From NCBI RefSeq assembly GCF_001194135.2, contig NC_068986.1, forward strand, positions 111,314,023 to 111,378,022: 64,000 nucleotides of DNA, in the 5' to 3' direction. Both the position numbers and the translations under genes were made by a program. The notes under the pieces are model-generated. The model searched no databases, was not told the DNA's origin, and was given only the letters and a program-made list of their open reading frames with translations. Shown piece by piece: positions 63,694 to 64,000 of this stretch. This DNA comes from Octopus bimaculoides (Eukaryota). The first letter of the stretch is position 1; each line of letters starts with the position of its first letter.

Positions 63694-64000
63694 TACATAT
63701 GTATGAGAGAGCAAACTTACTTGGATTCCATAGACTCAAAGTATTAGGCGAGTGAATGCGTTTGAAGTCCTACGGTTGTTTCTGTAGGCGCTGAGTTACT
63801 TCCTGCAGATGGCAGATGTAGTTGATCAAATATCTGCGACCTGTCATGGAAGCAAAAAATAATTCGGTAAACTCTAGACCCTTCTGCATCAGCGTGTGTA
63901 TGTATGGATCTAACGTATCAGATCATTATGCAATGACATTTAAATCTAGAATCAATATTGTAAGTGGTAAGCAAGTTGTGATGGCAGGAGGAAGTAGTTG

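Noticed and set aside
2421-63747. Dozens of long ORFs in the supplied track (poly-X, poly-YI, poly-CV, poly-L/S/E/N/K)
   Set aside because: They are translations of N-gaps and di- or trinucleotide microsatellites, not genes.
63802-63815. CTCF-like CCTGCAGATGGCAG
   Set aside because: Good single match, but about one such hit is expected by chance in 64 kb and there is no supporting context.

Overview
AT-rich, extremely microsatellite-dense eukaryotic sequence from a gapped draft assembly (22 N-runs, about 8.4 kb by my count). The repeat families and the (AT)n/(AAT)n/(AAG)n/(TATC)n landscape look like a coleoid cephalopod, probably Octopus; this is recognition, not a database result. No host protein-coding gene can be named. 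Almost all long ORFs in the supplied track are microsatellite or N artefacts. A few weak candidate exons and a CpG-rich putative first exon (about 18.85-19.31 kb) suggest the window may be largely intronic. Recognisable content is decayed mobile DNA: about ten fragments of restriction-like-endonuclease (R4/Dong-type) LINEs piled into (TAA)n tracts, a Penelope-like GIY-YIG endonuclease remnant, three tRNA-like SINE families, a rearranged DD37D (maT-type) Tc1/mariner copy, and weaker pogo, RTE and CR1/L2 remnants. The most interesting signal is a set of four unrelated short repeat families that each carry a minimal type-I hammerhead-ribozyme-like three-way junction with a palindromic helix III. 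Two sit in long inverted repeats, and one shows an apparent natural G3-C8 swap of the catalytic C3-G8 pair. Also notable are a 22-bp minisatellite derived from LINE coding sequence, a pre-miRNA-like hairpin and a decayed Thr/Ser-rich ORF.
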